Below, piece by piece: positions 59,773-64,000 of a stretch of DNA of 64,000 bases; within the stretch, counting starts at the first letter, position 1; the number at the start of each line of letters is the position of its first letter. Below the pieces are notes generated by a model. The model did no database searches and was not told the DNA's origin. It saw only the letters and a program-made list of their open reading frames with translations. Position numbers and translations under genes: made by a program. Source of the DNA: an uncultured Planctomycetota bacterium (GTDB lineage: Bacteria; Planctomycetota; Phycisphaerae; Tepidisphaerales; Tepidisphaeraceae); contig CAWJEN010000006.1 of the NCBI GenBank assembly GCA_963841915.1, positions 1,664,001-1,728,000 of the forward strand, written 5' to 3'.

Positions 59773-60501
59773 CTATCCCGCGACTGGCTCCTTTTGCGGC
59801 GTCGGTCGGTTCGGTGGCAGGAACCCTTCACCGTTCTCCGCCCGGTCGTCCATCGCCTCCTTCAGAGGCGTCAACAACTCGATGATCCGACGCAGCACGC
59901 GGATCTGGCTCTGCGTCGCATCCACCTCGGCCACCAGATGGTCGTCGTAGTGATCCAGCAGCGGACGCGTCTGCTCCTCGTACACCGTCATGCGACGGCG
60001 GATCACCTCGTCTTTGGCGTCGTCGACGCGGTTCTCCTTGAACGCCCGTCGTTTGAGCCGCTCGACCATCTTCTCGAAGTCAGCCTTGAGGTGGATGATC
60101 CGCACGACCTCAATCGTGTTCTCCAGCAGCACCGCCTGCTTAACGCTCCGCGGCACACCGTCGAGAACGAGCAACTCGGTCTCGGGGTGGAAGCCGTTGA
60201 TCATCTCCGTGCCGCGGATGAACTGCCGCCAAACATCGATCGTGAACTCGTCCGGCACGAGCTCCCCGTGGCTGGCGTAGTCCCAGAAGACGCGACCGGC
60301 GTGGCTTTGCAGGTCGAGGCTGCGGAAGATGTCGCCCGTCGCGCTGTGGAAGAAGCCTGGAATGGCCGACAGGATGCGCCCTTGCGTCCCTTTACCGCTT
60401 CCGGGCGGGCCGAAGAGCAGAATGGCCTTGTACCGCCTGCCGCCGTCCTCGGGCGCGGTCGACGTCAGCGGCTCGCGCGGCGAATGAAGCGGGGCAGTCA
60501 T
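59773..60501 (-). CDS. adk: Adenylate kinase-family NMP kinase (short lid)
   Basis: [33 protein letters not shown]. Confidence 0.85.
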   Translation of the reverse strand: MTAPLHSPREPLTSTAPEDGGRRYKAILLFGPPGSGKGTQGRILSAIPGFFHSATGDIFRSLDLQSHAGRVFWDYASHGELVPDEFTIDVWRQFIRGTEMINGFHPETELLVLDGVPRSVKQAVLLENTIEVVRIIHLKADFEKMVERLKRRAFKENRVDDAKDEVIRRRMTVYEEQTRPLLDHYDDHLVAEVDATQSQIRVLRRIIELLTPLKEAMDDRAENGEGFLPPNRPTPQKEPVAG

Positions 60502-60526
60502 CGGAAGAAAAGTAACACACCTGCAG

Positions 60527-61231
60527 CTACCCGGCGCGGGTGGCCGATTGTCGCGGCAGCAACGCGTTCAACTCGGACGTGGAACAGTCCGGCCCGTCGA
60601 GCCCGTATCGGAACAACCGTGCGTCCTGCCCGATGAGCGGCTCGGCAAGCTGTAGCGTCTCAGCGTCGTAGGCATCGCGGAAGTCGCTGCTGTTCCGCTC
60701 GTTACCACCGGGGATGGGAGCGTCGATGCCGATGCGGTCGCACACGTGCCGGTAGTCGTCGCTGATCGACTCGAAGCGGCCAATGTAATCAACGATGACG
60801 TTGCCGGCCCGGTCGCAGACGAAGCTGTGTTGCGACCGACGCTTGCGATTTGCTTCCCAGGCGACGTAGGCGTTGAAGCTGCCGAGCTCTTTGACGGTGT
60901 TGTGCCGATGGTGCCGCGTCTCGCGCAGCATGAAGCGGTACTGACTGACAAGCCACGCGTACGGATTCCGCACGAAGGCGAAGGTGAACAAGTTGTCCCA
61001 GATGTCTGCAGGCAAATTGCGGCGGACAGTGGCAGCTGTGGCGTGGATCCGAAACCGTCGCCAGCTGTGTGGGCCGAGATAGTTGGCGTGGATCCCGACG
61101 CGGTCGAGCCACTTAGCAGGCGTGGTGACTTCGGGTCGATGGGCGAACGGCTCGAGCGCCCTAGCCACGTTGGTGCCGGCGGTCTTGCCAATGTGGATGA
61201 AACAGAACTGCTTCTCGTAGGACAAGATCAT
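60527..61231 (-). CDS. Sulfotransferase family 2 protein
   Basis: FIHIGKTAGT, FAFVRNPY..VSQY, DYIGRFE. Confidence 0.85.
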   Translation of the reverse strand: MILSYEKQFCFIHIGKTAGTNVARALEPFAHRPEVTTPAKWLDRVGIHANYLGPHSWRRFRIHATAATVRRNLPADIWDNLFTFAFVRNPYAWLVSQYRFMLRETRHHRHNTVKELGSFNAYVAWEANRKRRSQHSFVCDRAGNVIVDYIGRFESISDDYRHVCDRIGIDAPIPGGNERNSSDFRDAYDAETLQLAEPLIGQDARLFRYGLDGPDCSTSELNALLPRQSATRAG

Positions 61232-61457
61232 CGGTCGCGTCTGACCGTACGCGACCCCTTCTTCGCAAGGCGGACGAACGGCGTAGTCGCTACAGATGTC
61301 CGCCAACAGCATCTAAACCCGGCAGAGGTGGCGCAGCGACACGTCGGCAAGCCATGGAAGCCGTTAGCTTCCACGCGTGTATGTGGCCTTGCAAAGTGCG
61401 GGGCCCGGGACCCTTCGACGCTTACGTCCCGGTGGGGACAAGGTGCACTTAACAAAC

Positions 61458-62114
61458 ATGAACCGTCATTGCTTTGCCTGCGAAACCCTCGAAACTCGCC
61501 GCCTGCTCTCGGCCACGGCACCCTCGGCACAAGTCGCCGACGGGTACTTGCTCATCTACGGCACTGAAGAGGCCGACGCCATCTTCGTCGACAGCGGGGT
61601 CGGTCTTGAAACCGACGTCCGTATCTCCACGCCCGCTGGTGAAGCCAGCTACACGTTCGCCCCGTGGAGCTTTGGCGGCATCCACATCGACGCAGGCGGT
61701 GGGGACGACCTCGTCAGCACCAACGACGTCGTTGCCTGGCTCGGTGGCAGCATTCTCGGTGGCACCGGTAGCGATGCAATTTACATCACCGACCCCAACG
61801 TCAGCCAAGATTTCTACCTCGATGGCGGCTCGGGTGACGACACCATCGACATCTACGGCGGCACCGTCAACGGCGTCATCTTCCGTGGCGGTGAGGGCGA
61901 CGACCACGTCAAGCTCCAAGGCACCACCGTCTGGAATTACGTCAGCTTCCAAGGTGATGCGGGCAACGACTCGTTGAGCATCCTTGACTACTCAACGATT
62001 TACGGCTTTACCTACGTCGACGGCGGCGAGGGCAACGACGTGCTCTACACCGACGACAGCGGCATTCTCGGTGGCCTCTACTTCATCAACGTCGAAGAGC
62101 CGCTCTTCGCCTGA
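61458..62114 (+). CDS. Extracellular protein with LE.RRLL (LEPR-XLL-like) leader and Ca-binding GGxGxD repeats
   Basis: ETLETRRLLS at the N-terminus; DAGGGDD, GGTGSD, GGSGDD, GGEGDD, GDAGND, GGEGND. Confidence 0.85.
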   Translation: MNRHCFACETLETRRLLSATAPSAQVADGYLLIYGTEEADAIFVDSGVGLETDVRISTPAGEASYTFAPWSFGGIHIDAGGGDDLVSTNDVVAWLGGSILGGTGSDAIYITDPNVSQDFYLDGGSGDDTIDIYGGTVNGVIFRGGEGDDHVKLQGTTVWNYVSFQGDAGNDSLSILDYSTIYGFTYVDGGEGNDVLYTDDSGILGGLYFINVEEPLFA

Positions 62115-62155
62115 AGCAATTTGTCTCCTGTTTAACTCGTCTATTAAACACCTAT

Positions 62156-63028
62156 TCAAGCGGGAGCAGCAGGCGTACGGTACAAGGCATAGGCCTGAGC
62201 TTGCGGGGGCACGCCAGGTGTTCGGAGGCCCGGCCGCGTTGCGGTCGGGCTTTCTCTTTGCTCTGTCGGCGACGTCTCGTGCTCCGCCTCGGCTTGAGGG
62301 AGCATCATCAGCAAGGCGGCAAAGACGGCTGCACCCCCGGCAAAGGCCCAGAAACGGCTGTCCCGCTCGGCAGGCAACTCTTCTTTGAGCACGTTGAGCA
62401 CCGTCGCACCGCACAAGAAGCCGAACAACCCGCCGGTGACGGCCGGATGAAGCTCGATCAGAATGCCGATGACCCAACCCGACACCGCCGCTGCGGCAAG
62501 AAGCCAGCGACCGATCCGGCGGTACAACGTTCGGTGCAACTCTCGCAAGCCCACGTCATTCACCAGAAAATGCGTGCCCATCGCCAAGGCGAACAGGGCA
62601 AGTTCACCTGGGCCGTAGAGCGACTCGCGGACGAGCAGGTAGCCGATGAGCGCGTTGTACAGGGCAAAGCTGCCGATGTGGATCCAGAAGACGAGGTCGG
62701 GCGGTTCGGTGGCGTCGCCCCCCTCGCCGCGACCGGTCGCGTCGTCGGGTGACTTGATGACGGCCCATCGCTCCAGGCCGTAGAAGACAACCACACCTGC
62801 CAAGGCAGCCACGTAGATCGGCCGCTCGACGCCCCCAACCTGTTCGATTTGCGCAGAAAAATGCGCCGCCTCTGGTAGCAGGTGCACAAAGACGTAGGCC
62901 ACGCTCGTGCCACCGGCGATGCTCAAGATCCGGGACCGCGGCGACCGACCCGCCAGGCGAAGCTGCCCTCCGAAGACATGCACCGCTGCCAGGATTACAG
63001 TGACGCCCAGGGCGAGCCAGATCTGCAT
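62156..63028 (-). CDS. ZIP-like multi-pass membrane protein (hypothetical)
   Basis: AGGTSVAYVFVHLLPE, AMGTHFLVND, LNVLKEELP; 7-8 TMs. Confidence 0.75.
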   Translation of the reverse strand: MQIWLALGVTVILAAVHVFGGQLRLAGRSPRSRILSIAGGTSVAYVFVHLLPEAAHFSAQIEQVGGVERPIYVAALAGVVVFYGLERWAVIKSPDDATGRGEGGDATEPPDLVFWIHIGSFALYNALIGYLLVRESLYGPGELALFALAMGTHFLVNDVGLRELHRTLYRRIGRWLLAAAAVSGWVIGILIELHPAVTGGLFGFLCGATVLNVLKEELPAERDSRFWAFAGGAAVFAALLMMLPQAEAEHETSPTEQRESPTATRPGLRTPGVPPQAQAYALYRTPAAPA

Positions 63029-63112
63029 GCGGCCGACGGTAAAGCAACGGGCGACACGTCCCAAGGGTCGATCTTGAAGGCGGGTGCGTCTGCTGCCGAT
63101 ATAGAGGGTGCC

Positions 63113-63349
63113 GTGTCGGATGCTGACTACCGCCTGGAGCTGTCGACGAAGCCGAAGCCCGCCGTAAATGCGTTGCGTCCGCCGCGGCCGTGGCTCAGCG
63201 TCATGTTCGCCTGCTGCAGCGTGTACCAGCGTGTGTATCAGACCCCTGACGGCAGCTACTACCGCGGCAGGTGTCCCAAGTGCTCCAAGACAGTCTCCTT
63301 CAAGGTCGGAACGGGTGGCACGTCGGTCCGGCAGTTCATCGCGACCTGA
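63113..63349 (+). CDS. Small Cys-rich (Zn-ribbon-like) hypothetical protein
   Basis: FACCSVYQRVY..GRCPKCSK..GGTSVRQF. Confidence 0.7.
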   Translation: MSDADYRLELSTKPKPAVNALRPPRPWLSVMFACCSVYQRVYQTPDGSYYRGRCPKCSKTVSFKVGTGGTSVRQFIAT

Positions 63350-63378
63350 CTGTGATCGCCCCATAACGTCGGGTCGCG

Positions 63379-63870
63379 ATGCCAGCCATGCGTACCAACT
63401 CTGCCGCCTGGCCGGGCCTGAAACCCGACGGTCGATGCCACGCGACAGGTCAGCCGATTCCGCCGGGCGAGCCGTATGTGGTCGTTATTCTCGATTTACC
63501 CGACGGGCTCGAGCGTCGTGAGTACCTCGAGCCACCCACCGATGTCGCAGAGCCTTTGGCCATGTGGCGGACGACCATGCCGGACGCCACCGCCCGCGAC
63601 CGACGGGCACAGCGGCAGTCGACCGTTGCCACCCTCCGGTCGCTGGTTGAGCTCGAGCCGCAGGACGATCGAGCAATCCTGCTGCGTCTGGCGGCGACCC
63701 TGCTGCTCATTCGCAAGCGTCGCCTGACGCTCCTGGAGGCAACGCCCGATCACCTGCGGGTGGTATTTACCGGCGGCGAGCCGTTCCACGTGGAACAGCC
63801 GGCCGTCTCCGAAGCAAAGCTCGCCGACGCCGTCGACGAACTGGTTGCCTTGACGGAGACCGACGCTTGA
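63379..63870 (+). CDS. Hypothetical protein
   Basis: CHATGQPIPPGEPY..LERREY..WRT..LLLIRKRRL; protein-like composition. Confidence 0.65.
   Translation: MPAMRTNSAAWPGLKPDGRCHATGQPIPPGEPYVVVILDLPDGLERREYLEPPTDVAEPLAMWRTTMPDATARDRRAQRQSTVATLRSLVELEPQDDRAILLRLAATLLLIRKRRLTLLEATPDHLRVVFTGGEPFHVEQPAVSEAKLADAVDELVALTETDA
63782..63797. other. parS: parS site (CGTTCCACGTGGAACA), intragenic
   Basis: 15/16 identical to the 33435 site. Confidence 0.75.
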
Positions 63871-64000
63871 GCCCTACGCGACCGCATCAACCCACACCGC
63901 AGCAAGGCCACTTCAGTGGGTTTGTCCAAAAGTTCATAAGGAGCGGCCACCCCCTGCTCCTACTGCTCACAATCCTCGTCGGGTGCCAAGCCAAGTCTGG

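Noticed and set aside
63871..64000. Possible oriC or DnaA boxes at the window end
   Set aside because: No TTATCCACA match with fewer than two mismatches and no AT-rich unwinding element visible.

Overview
GC-rich, gene-dense bacterial chromosomal window, most likely from Planctomycetota (Phycisphaerae-like). That assignment is inferred from PEP-CTERM and dockerin-like proteins, DUF1559-type prepilin-like proteins, an LE.RRLL-leader protein and an FlgI-like gene coupled to smc. About 52 CDSs. No rRNA, tRNA, CRISPR array, integrase or transposase was recognised. Main blocks: (1) a minus-strand operon encoding an HTH/acidic membrane protein, an FlgI-like lipoprotein, smc and tdh; (2) obgE followed by a four-gene non-canonical export module (HlyD-like MFP, GAF-MFP, PqqD/RRE-like-M50 protease-MFP, C-terminally truncated SecA paralogue) with no ABC ATPase or TolC; (3) housekeeping genes (Na/Ca antiporter, stand-alone MetH Hcy domain, birA, an active/dead HtrA pair, radical SAM, sua5, Prx, PP2C, lipase, purF, HAL2-like phosphatase, cNMP-TrxB); (4) canonical parS palindromes at about 33.4-33.5 kb and 63.8 kb, suggesting an origin-proximal location; (5) a 23-kb glycan-utilisation locus whose enzyme set points to bacterial cell-wall polymers, with a shared TTATATAA-core operator at three promoters; (6) ABC-F, DUF1559, adk, a sulfotransferase and a small LE.RRLL/RTX-repeat secreted protein. 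Two genes carry internal frameshifts that may be assembly indels. All functional calls come from motif recognition by eye, not database searches.
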